This document shows positions 1 through 13,100 of a stretch of 64,000 nt of DNA, piece by piece. Every line of letters starts with the position of its first letter. Positions within the stretch are counted from its first letter, which is position 1. This stretch comes from Octopus bimaculoides (lineage: Eukaryota). The translations under genes and the position numbers were made by a program. The stretch covers positions 72,455,781 through 72,519,780 of the forward strand of contig NC_068985.1 of NCBI RefSeq assembly GCF_001194135.2. Reading direction: 5' to 3'. Below the pieces are notes generated by a model that worked only from the letters and a program-made list of their open reading frames with translations, ran no database searches and was not told the DNA's origin.

Positions 1-119
1 GTACTTATTCTGTTAGTCTCTTTAGCTGAATTGCTAAGTTATGGGGACATAAACAAACCATCACCGGTTGTCAAGCGGCAGTGGGGTACAAACACAGATA
101 CAAAAACTCACACATATAG

Positions 120-195
<76 letters not shown>

Positions 196-530
196 ATAGA
201 CTTCCTTCAGTTTCCATCTACCAAATCTACTCACAAGGCTTTGGTTGGCCTGAGGCTATAGTAGAAGACACTTGCCCAAGGTGCCATGCAGTGGGACTGA
301 ACCTGGAACCATATTCTTTTATTCTTTTACTTGTTTCAGTTATTTGACAGCAGCCATACTGGAGCGCCACTTTAAAGGGTTTTAGTCGAAGAAATTGACC
401 CCAGTACTTATACTTTGTAAGCCTAGTAACAGTTTGGCAAAAGAAACCAATAATATTTATTGTACTTTTTTGCTGAACTACTAAGTTACGGGGACATAAA
501 CACACCAGCATCTATTATCAAGCAATGATA
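1..530 (-). mobile_element. Two adjacent partial copies of SINE family A (tRNA-derived, internal (TA)n/(CA)n)
   Basis: Reverse complement of the fuller copy at 12924-13321; (AT)n at about 123-182. Confidence 0.85.
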
Positions 531-833
531 CTATTTACTATTCTCTCTTCTTCTCATCACCTGTCTTGAATCTATCTATCTATCTTACTCAGTCCCTTAC
601 TTAGCACTGTATGCAATCTTTCCATTTTAAAATATTGGCCATCTAGAGTCCCCTCCCTGCTTACATTTTTCCTGCAATTGTTGACTTGCAATTATCATCA
701 GAAAATATCAAATGCATTGGCGTCACTGTCTTGGTGGGTTTATAAATGTCACTGATGGTAACCCTTCCTCCTGACCAAACTATTTGATATACGAAATAAG
801 TTAATTACTCTTCTTTGTTTTTTTTTTTAACAG

Positions 834-908
834 TTCTTCAGATATTTCAAAGAACAACTTGAGGAAAGAAAATTTGAGAAACCTTCTTTAGGAATTTCTC
901 AAATCACA
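834..908 (+). CDS. VPS36: VPS36 exon ([25 protein letters not shown])
   Basis: poly-T aacag acceptor, gtaagt donor, 75 nt, phase 0/0. Confidence 0.85.
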
Positions 909-1086
909 GTAAGTGAAATAACCAAAATATGTTTCTTGTATTTCAAATTAAAATGAGTTTTAGTAGATGTTTTGTGTGTCTGAGTATAAAGTTATTGCAG
1001 AACAAGAATCTTGATAGGAAAACATCAAACTAAGTTAGACTTGCATGACTTCTGTTAAGTTCATTGTTGTTGTAGTAGCAAGGTAG

Positions 1087-1120
<34 letters not shown>

Positions 1121-4100
1121 TTATTCTATCAGTCACTTTTCTTGTAACACTAACTTACGGGGATGTAAACACACCACCACCGGTTGTCTAGTGGTAGTGG
1201 GAAACAAACACACATACACACACAACTGGCTTCTTTCAGTTTCCATCTATCAAATCCACTCCCAAGCTTCAGTCAGCCTGAAGCTGTTGCAGAAAACATT
1301 TGCCCAAGGTGGGACTGAACCTGGGACCATGTAGTTGGGAAGCAAACTTCTTACCATGCAGCCACACCTGCATCTGTATTTTAAACATATTTAGATTCGA
1401 AGTGTATGACTATATTTCTTTGTGCATATAATTAAATTTTCATTCTTCATAAAATGAAACCTTTTCNNNNNNNNNNNNNNNNNNNNNNNNNNNNNNNNNN
1501 NNNNNNNNNNNNNNNNNNNNNNNNNNNNNNNNNNNNNNNNNNNNNNNNNNNNNNNNNNNNNNNNNNNNNNNNNNNNNNNNNNNNNNNNNNNNNNNNNNNN
1601 NNNNNNNNNNNNNNNNNNNNNNNNNNNNNNNNNNNNNNNNNNNNNNNNNNNNNNNNNNNNNNNNNNNNNNNNNNNNNNNNNNNNNNNNNNNNNNNNNNNN
1701 NNNNNNNNNNNNNNNNNNNNNNNNNNNNNNNNNNNNNNNNNNNNNNNNNNNNNNNNNNNNNNNNNNNNNNNNNNNNNNNNNNNNNNNNNNNNNNNNNNNN
1801 NNNNNNNNNNNNNNNNNNNNNNNNNNNCCAGCTGTAGAAACTCTGCCAAATCAGACTGGAGCCTGGTGTTGCCATCCGGTTTCACCAGTCCTCAGTCAAA
1901 TCGTCCAACCCATGCTAGCATGGAAAGCGGACGTTAAACGATGATGATGATGATAATCAAAGAACGTAGCATTTTAATACTTAATGTAAAGTAAATATAA
2001 CAAATGAAAAATTCTTCAAGAATCCTTAAAACTTCCCGGATCACTACCAAAATTTCATCATCTGTTCCTTGTGTCATTACCAACTTTTCCTGCAAGTTTC
2101 ATCAAATACCGTTCACAACTTGAGTTATTTTGCACACAGATAGACAAAATAACGCCGATTAAAACATAACTTTCCTTGGCAGAGGTAATGAATAAATACT
2201 GGTTATTGTTATTGTTGGCATGTTTAATTCCTTCCCTGAAACTTTCAGTAAGTTTCCACACTAACATTTTATGCTGTCACATTGATGCAGTTGAACCATG
2301 CTGGGGCACCACCTGAAGCGTTTCAGTCAAACAAACTGACTTCTGGGCTTTTTGTTTTTTAAAGCTTACTACTTATTCTGTTGGCCTCTTTTGCTGAACC
2401 ATTAAGTCACAGAGTCCTAAATGTACCAATACAAGTTGTTGGTGGGGAACAAGTACACACACACACACACACATGGTGGGCTTTTTCAGTTGCTGTCTAC
2501 CAAATCCACTCACAAGACTTTGGTTGGTCCAAGACTATAGTAGAAGACACCTGCCTAAGTTTTCATACTGTGGAACTGAACCTCAAGTTTGGTTCTATTT
2601 GTTTGAATAATTTTCTTTCTTTCTCTCACCCAGATTTTTATAATTACTTAGTGTAATGTCAGGTCTACTTTGTACTGCATACAATGTTTGTTTCAGTCGT
2701 GTGACTTGATTTATGTTGAGCAATATCTCTTAAGACCCACGGCTAATAATAGCTTGCCCATAACTGCATTAGATAACGTAGTTGAAATTACTTATAAGAG
2801 GACTCAATAGTCCTGGATGCTCAGTCATATTTGACCGGAGACCACATTATTGCTGTTGATGTTGTTGTTGCTGTAGTGAAGCAGCTATATCTCTCTTAAG
2901 GTGCACCTTAGCATTTTTAAGTAGAAAGGACACATTGGATAATGTAGTCCTAGGTATATTATAACTGAAAATATGCAGTGAATAGTTTTCACTACGGGTC
3001 TTCTCGATCAGGGTTGACCTGGGGCTAAACAATAACACCAACTCCTACTTGTGCCATTAGCAGTACTTGCTTAGGTCCAACAAGGAAGCCTCTATATGGC
3101 ATAGTTGTTCTGCTTGCTAGAAATAGCAACCAAATCACCATAGCTGTTGTCTTAAAAAGAAAAAGTTACCTTAGATAGCTACATGAAAAAAATAACAGGT
3201 TGGTTAGGGCTGGAGTAACCTTGATCATCAGTCAACTTGTTTATGTTTTTCCTATGTTTTTCCTAAACAGCAGTAGTATAGAGCTAGGTGGAGTAGTTGT
3301 TCAAAGATAAGAGTCTTGACCATGTACACAAACCTAAACCACTGACTGGTTGTCCAGTACCTTATCAACTATTGTCATCCACAATTCTTTTTTTTTTCTT
3401 TGTTTTAAGCAATACTTTATTTCCACTAAATTTTAATGCCTACATTCCATCTGTAAAAATATAAAACGGATGTAAAGTCATTAGAGGAATGAAATATCTA
3501 TGATTTATTTAATGATTTTCATACAAGAAACAATTTGTTTTGCAGGTAACTTCTCCACGGCACCGTCCTGGCATCATTGGCATAGAAAGAGCTATCCAAA
3601 AGAAACGAGAGGACACAGATAAAAACATCTCACAAGCTTTTGAAGATTTGAGTAATTTGATTGAAAAAGTAATCTTTCTCTGAAAATGTTCCCCTTTTAT
3701 CTTTTACTTGTTTAATTCATTGTACTGCAGCCATGCTGGAGCTCTGCTTTAAAGGGCTTAGGCAAACAAATAAAAAAAAAACTTGGTCATGAATCATTTT
3801 GTGAAACATTACTTCCAAAAATTAAAATCAAAGCTTCTTTCTCTAATATTGATACCAATATTAGAAGTTTGATATTCTTGGCTCTTCAGCTTCATTTACA
3901 CCTGAAAAATTGCACCAAATGTGTAGTTTTTGCTTTTGTTTGTTGTTCTCTAACATATTGGATATATATACAGGGTGTCCACAAAGTCTGGGTACATGGG
4001 GATTAACACATACTTTAAGAAATAATAATTTCTTATATTTAATTGTTTATGTTATGATTTTATTTACTCCATGTAGCCAGACTTTGTGGACACCCTGTAT

Positions 4101-7100
4101 ATAATCTTCAGTAGCTCATCACACTTTCATCCAATTAATGTTCTTAGCTGTTGTCATTCTATTCTTATGATTTTCTTAGATTTTTGACTTGAGTGTGTAG
4201 TCTTAATATTGGTTTCAAATTTCGGCACAAGGCCAGCAATTTTGGGGAAAGGGTAAGTCAATTAACTCCAGTGCTCAACTGGTACTTATTTTATCAATCT
4301 CCAAAAGGATGAAAGGTAAAGTGGACGTTGATGGCATTTGAACTCAGAACGTAAAGATGGACAAAATGTCGCTAAGCATTTTGTCTGGCATGCGAATGGT
4401 TCTACCAGCTTACCACCTTGTGTAGTCTTAATATTAATTAATTAGCTTAATATTTGTTGTTTACATTCTAATTTCTTACAAGAACCAATCAAATTAACAA
4501 ATTTAAGTTAGTTGCTTTACTTCATTTTTAGTAAGAGATAATGGTGGTTTACTGAACTTATAAGTGTAGCAAACTCATAAGAGGCAGAGAGGGAACGTAA
4601 GTTCGTTTGCCTGAACCTGAGAATTTATGGATTTCTCATTGGTTGAAAATTACTGTCCCTACACGAATCCATGTGATAAACTTCTTCAACGAAGTTCAGA
4701 ATTCGTATATGGACAGTAATTTTCAACCAATGAGAAATCAATAATTTCTCATCTTCGGGCAAACGAACTTACGTTCTCTCTCCGCCTCTTATGAGTTTGC
4801 TACATAAGTAACATTGAGGGATTTCAGTAGCAGCCTTCATGCCTCTGAGTTGTTAATAAAAGATAGACTGGAATGTATATGAATTTAATGTACGTTGTTT
4901 AGTTAATTAGTTTGTTTAAACCAGTTGTTCTCAACTAGGTTCCATATGGACCCTGAGGGTCCATATAAGGTTTTTGGGGCACCACACTAGCAAAATAGTA
5001 AACTGGAGATCCACAGTAGTATTTTGAAGGTCCTTGAAAAGTTGTAAATTATGTAAATGTATGTATTGCAAGAAATATCTAAGTTTTTTTCTCTAACATT
5101 TTACTTAGTTCTTACTATGCAAGTTAATGTGTGAAAAACAAAATAGGAATTTTGAAAGAAGTTTCTTTAAAACTAGTTTTTAAACAACAAATGACTATGG
5201 AGTCCACTAGAATAAAATAGTAAACAGAGGGTTCCATAGATAAAAAAACAGTTGAGAACCACTAGTTTAAACCATCCTGGCTTAAACTGTACAGGAACCT
5301 CTGTTTAATAGTTAAGTATACGACTGATTAATTAAAATGTATCATCAATCTATAATCCTTATTTAATATCTATTGTTATCTTATCCCCTCCATCACTCCA
5401 CAGTTATCATTGTTGTAAAAATACATTATTACAGATCTTAACATGTCTGGGTTTTTTCAATCTGCAGGCCAAAGAGATGGTGCTTATATCGAATATGATT
5501 GCCAATAAGATCAAAGAAAAACAAGATGTAACTGAAGATGAGGTAAGTTAAATATTCATGTTTTACAAACACATACACACCTATTTTAGTGTTGTTGTCT
5601 AAGGTCCTGTTGTTTATATATGTTACTGCAGCAGTAGTATTTGGTCAAAAAAAAAAAACTATCTCTGATCCAGTTTAAACATTCTACAAGTGCTACTCTC
5701 ACACACTTGGTGGTGCTGCAGTACATGCTGCCTCGGCAATGGCAGTGTGTCAGCTATTTGAAGGTCTGTAAACTGCCACTGACTGCAAAACATTGAAGGT
5801 GCTTCTATGTAGGTATTCAATCTGCTAGAAATACCAGCCAAATTTCTCTCAAACTATACCCCATCTCAGTAAAGGAAGGATACTTGGGATAATATAATTC
5901 TAAATATACTGTGTTTGGCAATGAGATGAAATGGCCATGACAGGAATATGTTTGATTGATAGGTCTACTTGATCAAAGCTCAATGATGGTGATAGAGGTG
6001 TTCTTCTGGCCTAATTCATCACCATATTTTGTGTCATTTTAAAAATTATTTTCAATGTTCATATATGAACATCTCAAATTTCTTGTTTCTTGAATTCTCC
6101 AAAATTTAAAACATTGCAATTTTATAAAACAATTTCTTATTTATCAATTTCATGATAACTTTTTGTATTCATAATTTGGTTTGATTTTTCAGTTACATTA
6201 TTTGTGTTCTTTATTTTATGATTACTTTCAGACTATTCGCTTCAAGTCCTATTTACTGAGTATGGGTATACCAAATCCTGTCACCAGAGAGACACATGGA
6301 ACTGGTGACCGTTATTATCTCCAGTTGGCACAGCAACTTAATGACATCTTGAAAAAGCCAATTGCTGTATGTTCAAATTTGATATTAACAACTGTTTTAT
6401 TAATGTTCACCTCATGCCAACCCAGCATAGCTGTGAAACCACTCTACATTCCAGGTTTCAGACTAAACACTTCCTCCAGAGTAGTGGTTCCTGACATTTT
6501 CATTACCAAAAACGCCTTTTATTCAAATTAATTTTCTCACAGATTTTTGAAATATTTGTCTACTCAGTAAGCTAATTTTATTAACTAACCTGCAATTATA
6601 TGTAGCTGTATAATTTTACATTTTAAATTAGAATCTTTTAGAGTTTTAACCTTGCTAATACTATTGTCCAGGTTGGTAACTGCTGTTTTCTACAACTGCA
6701 ATCTGTTGGAAATCTTTCCTTGTTGATATATATCCTGCAAATTGTCAATCTGAGCGTCAAGTGCTTAATTCTCATCAGTCTGAGAGTCTGCAAAGAATCT
6801 GCACACTGCACTCTTCATTCTAGTTAGAGTATAACTCCACTCCTCCTCTCAACCTTGGTGTGTCATCTTGTTAGGTGAGATCTAACATGATCTTATCACT
6901 TCTGTTGGAGTTTTTTCTGCTTTTCTTTTGTGTCAACTATATTTACCATCCACTATCAGTACTTTCAACACCCTTACACGGGAGCCTCTATGCAGTTGCT
7001 AAACATGCTAGAAAGAGCAGCCATATCTCCCTTAAGTCACTTATTATATGGCATCCTGTTTCCTGCGATAGAGTTATTCAAAATAGAATGCAATGTGTAA

Positions 7101-10100
7101 AATAGTAGGGACATCTATTTAATGCCTCAATCACATTTGTAAATTTACATAGAAACAGAAGCAAAATTATCCTTTTTGGATACAGTATTCAACTATCCAG
7201 CCCATGGACCATGGATATAAACCCAGTCCAGCTTATTTACCATGAGTTCTAATATATGACAGAAAAATTTCCAATGTTAGTATTTTAAATTGCCTGATTA
7301 CTTAGCTGAGGAAGTCTAGTATGAGTGAAACATGCATGGATTTGTCAGTGTACTTAGAATTCAGATTCTCTTCCCACAGCATGTTTCATCTAATTTTTAA
7401 TCAGTCTACACTATGGTCTCCTCACTGTTCTCTTTCTTGCATTTTAATTAGTTAAAATTGTTTTTTGATCAACCTCCCCCTCCCACACTTTCCTACGACC
7501 TGCTCTCTCTTTCAGCCTTCTCCTGTTTACTGTATCATCATTGGTATTCTACTACTAACCCCAACCCTTTTTCTCCATTGACTTCTACTCACCCAGCTCA
7601 TGCATCATTGGCCATTTCCAAACCTTTATTCACCATTCACTATACCCACCTTTCAACCTTATCCAATCTTTACAGTTATTGCCTACTTCCCCTTACCCAT
7701 TCTCTGCCTCTCACTATCTCATACACTCTTGCAACTTTCACCCGCCTTCCCTCCTGGTTTCTCTGTTCCGCTCACTTCTATTTTTATCTCTTTCCAACTT
7801 CACTTGATCACTTCCACCTTCCCTTCTAAAATGTGAGTAGCTTTGTAGCTTCTTTACTGTTTGAAACATGTTCTACCCCTTTCCTCATACCCATCATTTC
7901 CTTGTGTGAAGCCATGCTCTCAGAGTTTCATTGTCTTGCAAGCTGCATGGCAATTTTAGTAGTACTGGTGGCACAAAAAAAGCATCCAGTACATGCAGTG
8001 ACATGGTTGGCATTAGAAAGGGCATCTAGCAGTAGAAACTATACCAAAGCAAACACTGGAGCATGATGTAGTCCTTGGACTCATCAGCTCCTGTGAAACC
8101 ATCTTAGCCATGCCAGTATGGAACATGGATATAAAATGATATGATGATTATGGTGAAGATATACTAAATATGTTAGTGCACACATAAATATATGTGCTGT
8201 AGGTGAAATAGATACCATACTATTTAATGTTTTATTCAAAGGCCACTTGTCTTTCTATCTAAGAGCAAGTTTATCTCTTATCCACTCTATGTATTGAAAG
8301 TGAGGTCTAATCACCTACTATGAAGAACACTTTACTGCTTTTATAGATACTTAATTTGCAAGAACTCATTACCAATTTTATGATTCCAGGAATGTGGTGG
8401 AATGATGACACTCACTGATGTCTACTGCCGAGTTAACAGAGCTCGTGGAATGGAGGTAATATTGAACTTAGTATAATTTTCAACTTAATAATTATGTAAA
8501 TGTTGATTGATTACCAAGTAAGCTTTCAGTGAGTTAAATCAGTGATGCAATTTCTATTGTTACCTGTCATCAGAAAGACATAATCATCAAACTACTGGTG
8601 CTTCCTCTCACAAAATATCTCAGATAGTTCCATTTCTACTTCAAGAGGAAAAGAATGAAGACAAGAAACCAAGATAATATGCATTGTCCATCATATACTA
8701 TGAAAATTTCATTGTAAAATATCTCTGGAGCCAGAGAACTTATGGAATTGTAGTAACTCAAGCTAAGTGTGTTGGTTTTGTTTTTGTTTTAATAGTGCCC
8801 TGGACTGGCTCTTGTGCGGGTGGCACATAAAATACACCATTTTGAGCGTGGCCATTGCCAGTACCGCCTGACTGGCCTTCGTGCGGGTGACACGTAAAAG
8901 CACCCACTACACTCTCTGAGTGGTTGGCGTTATGAAGGGCATCCAGCTGTAGAAACTCTGCCAAATCAGATTGGAGCCTGGTGTTGCCATCCGGTTTCAC
9001 CAGTCCTCAGTCAAATGGTCCAACCCATGCTAGCATGGAAGGTGGAGGTCGTTAAACGATGATGATGATGACACTGAACCGCAACAGATATGTGAGACAT
9101 GTGTGATTTTGAAATATGTTTTAATTTCATTATGTCAGAGATAAATTTTGATACATCTGATAAAGTCAATTTCTTGGATGCACTTTGACCACAGTCTATG
9201 GGTTGTTGTCATGTGGGCAGATCCAGCACATTGAGATTGTCAGGCGTGACATTTTCAATACTGTGTATGCCCTCCCTGGGTGTTCAAAATGGCCATACAC
9301 CATCAGTACATGGAGTGCATGAGGTGGTTCACAAAATCCATTGGCACCTGTGCCCACACCCTGATGAAAGCTGCGTCCAGTTCTACACGAGTTGTTGGCT
9401 TTGTGATCACCTGATTCAGCCGTCACTGGATTTCATCCTACAGGTGTTCAGTTGGATTCAAATCCGGGCTGAGAGCTGGCCATGGCATGGTTCTGATGTT
9501 GTGCTGATGCAGGAAGTCCATGGTGACCCTGACCGTGTGGGAGGGAGCATTGTCCTGCTGGAACACGTGGCTATGGTAACATGTGAAGAAGGGCATGATG
9601 TGAGGTCTTAGGATCTGGTCAACGTAGCGCTGCGCTGTGATGCCCTTCCCTCTGCCAGCACCAACATTTTGGAAAACATGGGGCCCATTTCTCTGATTCA
9701 GGCCTATAGCACCCCAAACCATGATGCTTTGGCCACCCCACATGTCTCTCTCCATGACGCATGTGTCTCTGTAGTGTTCCCTCCTACACAATACCTTCAC
9801 TCTGCCATCTGAGGTGGAAACACAGTACCAGCTATTGTCAGAGAAGACTATCGACCTTCATTGTTGATGCCACCAATATCAGTGCTGTGTAACCCACTGT
9901 AGTTGTGCCTGACAGTGGCAGGCGGTGAGGACAGGCCCTCAAGCAGGACGACAGCAACACAGGTTGTTGGCAGCCAGTCGATATCATACCATGTCATCAC
10001 TGATGGGTCATTGTCCAGTGCCAATGGTCTCATGAACTGTTATGCTGGCCAGTCTAAAGCAATCACAAAGGTGTTGCAGGTGAATGACGTGATCCTGCCT

Positions 10101-13100
10101 GGGTGTGGTCACCCGGGGGCATCCTCTGCGGGCACAGTCTGCAGTGCTGTTGGTGGTGTTGTATTGCTGTTGCAGGTAATAGATGGTGCACATGGACATT
10201 GTAAGCTTTCGCAACAACCAGGGCATGCTACCCTGCTTGCAATCTGTCGAAAGCTTGTTCTCTCTGTGCTACTGACAATTGGGTCATACTTGATGCGTCC
10301 AAATTATGAATGCCAGGAACGTGGGTCAAGTTGTTTTTTATACCCATAACCTCCACAAGGTTTCCATGACAGTTGTTTGCGACTGCCACCCATGGTATTC
10401 AACATAGCTGCATTTTGGCATCTCAATTCAGAGAAAGTTGAAAAGTTACCTGCAATTTGGGTTCTCAGCCATAAACTGGTATGTCTTGAAATATTTACTC
10501 TTACATCCCTGAAATAAATTTTCAGAATTTACCACATAAAAATGACATTTGAAAAAAAATCATGTTTCTTTTGCAGTTCAGTGTATGTGCACATAGCTTT
10601 CAATCTAATCAGGATTTTATGCTAAGGATATAGTATTTCCTAATCAGTGGTTCTCAACTGGGATCCATATGGCCCTTGAGGGTCCATATAAGATTTTGTC
10701 ATTAAAACTTATGTACAATAAATTGCTTATACTTCTACAATACACAAAATGTTCTAATTTTCTTATACAATTCTTTAAAATATTCAATTATAAAAATACA
10801 GTAGGATGTTTTTCATATATATATCAAATAGTTACGGCAGGTCAGTAGAGTAAAATAGGAACCAAATGGGTCTGTACGTAAAATAAATGGTTGAGAAACA
10901 CTGCTTTAAATGCATGAATGTGAAGAAGACATTACAAATGAGAGATGTCAATTGCTGATACCCAGAATACAAGAAGCTAAAACAAAGTACATTTATTTGG
11001 GAATGGAACACAGATCCCTGACATTGACCGTCAAAAACTTGCTGTCTAACCATGTTGTTGCTTATGTCTTGTAACAGACCAATGAAAAGGGTTATTGTTA
11101 ACAGGCCAAATGACCATATAGAGGCTGTTTGTAAATTCTCTTTATATCTTTCATTATGTTTCTGACATTTTATCTATTGGTTTACAATTTTTTGGTTTGT
11201 TTCAGTTGTTATCACCTGAAGATTTGCTACACGCTTGCGAAATCATGGAATCCTCTGATCTAGATATCAGGTCAGCCAACTGTTGTTATTGTTTTCTTTT
11301 CATAGCTCAAGCATTCTCATCGTGATTTCTGTTAAGAAATTTTCTGGGAATATTATTGTTTTCATCATCATCATCATCATCATTTAGTGTCTGTTTTCCA
11401 TGCTGGCATAGGTTAGATGGTTTGACTGGAGCTGGTAAACCAGAGAGCTGCAGCAGATTCCAGTCTATTTTGGCTTGGTTTCTACAGCTAGATGCCCTTC
11501 TTAATGCTAATCACTCCACAGAGTGCACCAGGTGTCTTTACCATGTCACCAGCATGGGTGCTTTTTACATTTCACAGGCACTGGCCACAACTACTATTTC
11601 TTCTCAAGCATAGCAGATCACCAATAGTTTCAGTTATTTGTCATCACCTACCCTAGCCACTTGTTTAGATGATTTCAAAAATATTAGAAAAGTTGAAATA
11701 ATCATGAATAATAATGATAATAATAGTACCCATGCACTGTCCTACCCATGAATGCATGGAAAATGGACATTTAACGACGATGATCACACACACACACACA
11801 AAACTTGAATTGGGAAGTGTGGGTTCCTACAAGTGAGACGCTAGATCATATAATGAAGGATTCTCTTGTCACCATTTCTAGAGGTGGTAGGCAATATTAA
11901 AATTCCTCTCTTTTATCTAATTGTCACACTGCTGACTTTATGGTTCCAATGTCTCTCCCTGTTGCTTTGCCTCATTTAAGTCAAAGTGATATTTAAGCTG
12001 AACCTCAACTGTCTCAATGTCATCAGTGAAGGAGCCTACAAAGGTCATGGCACTTACTTTCTGCTTTACTAAGCCTGTAAAAACAGCTTGAAGGTGTATA
12101 TTTATAATATGCAATCTGCAATCATCTGGTGTTTTACGCCTGGTTGTGGACATTTTCAGGTTGGATTCAAACTAGGAATCTTTACTTCTAAACAGATACC
12201 TGGTGTATTGTCTGTGTTTATGTGGGCTCTCAACCTGCTTGAAATAGAGCAAAATTTCCCTCAAATCATACCACATTGTCTTCATATGTGAGGGACACAT
12301 TAGATAATGTAGTCCCAAATTCCTTCTAAAAAGATGATATGATCATGGTTGGCATGCCTCTGATCAGAGATCTGCTTAATTGGAGTTGACTTGATGCTAA
12401 GCAACAACACCAATGAGAAAGCCTACTATATTAAAAAAAGGGGGATACGTTGAATAATATAGTCTTAGATAATCGAAAATACTGGATAGTCAGGACTGGT
12501 AGGTCTTTCCCTATTGGCTGGTATCTAAATCAGTAGAGCTTTATATCAGTTAACTTTATATTTCATTTTCCCAGGGTTGATAAAATAAAGTACAAGTACT
12601 GGGGTTGGTATAACAGAACATTCTTCTCCACTCACTCCAAAAAATTTCTTGCCTTGTGCCTAATGATTTATATCATTGTTTTTGCTGTTGTTGTTGCTTT
12701 CCAAATTGGCTGATTGAGCAGATCTATGATCAAAGGTGTTGAAGCCATGATTGTTCTCTCATTTTCTTCAGGTTTAGTCTGTCTAGGACCACATCATCTA
12801 ATCTGTCCTTTCTCTTTTTAAGGCTGTAGAGTATGATTTGAGAAAAGTTCTGTTGCTATTTTGTGCTGATGGTTTGCATAATTTGTGACTGTTACAAAAA
12901 ATTTTGAAATTATCAGTTTATCATGGCGTAGGAGTGGCTGTGTGGTAAGTAGCTTGCTTACCAACCACATGGTTCCGGGTTCAGTCCCACTGCGTGGCAC
13001 CTTGGGCAAGTGTCTTCTACTATAGCCTTGGGCCGACCAAAGCCTTGTGAGTGGATTTGGTAGACGGAAACTGAAAGAAGCCTGTCGTATATATGTATAT

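Noticed and set aside
3546-3551. GTAACT immediately after the acceptor as a zero-length exon or recursive splice site
   Set aside because: Reading through as an exon gives the in-frame conserved VPS36 sequence; nothing supports recursive use
7458-7836. Pyrimidine-rich + ORFs (also 18970-19278, 19399-19768)
   Set aside because: Low-complexity intronic or old-repeat sequence with no splice-consistent frame or recognisable domain
12924-13000. tRNA-like A/B boxes (also in SINE families B and C)
   Set aside because: SINE heads followed by family bodies; no complete cloverleaf evident
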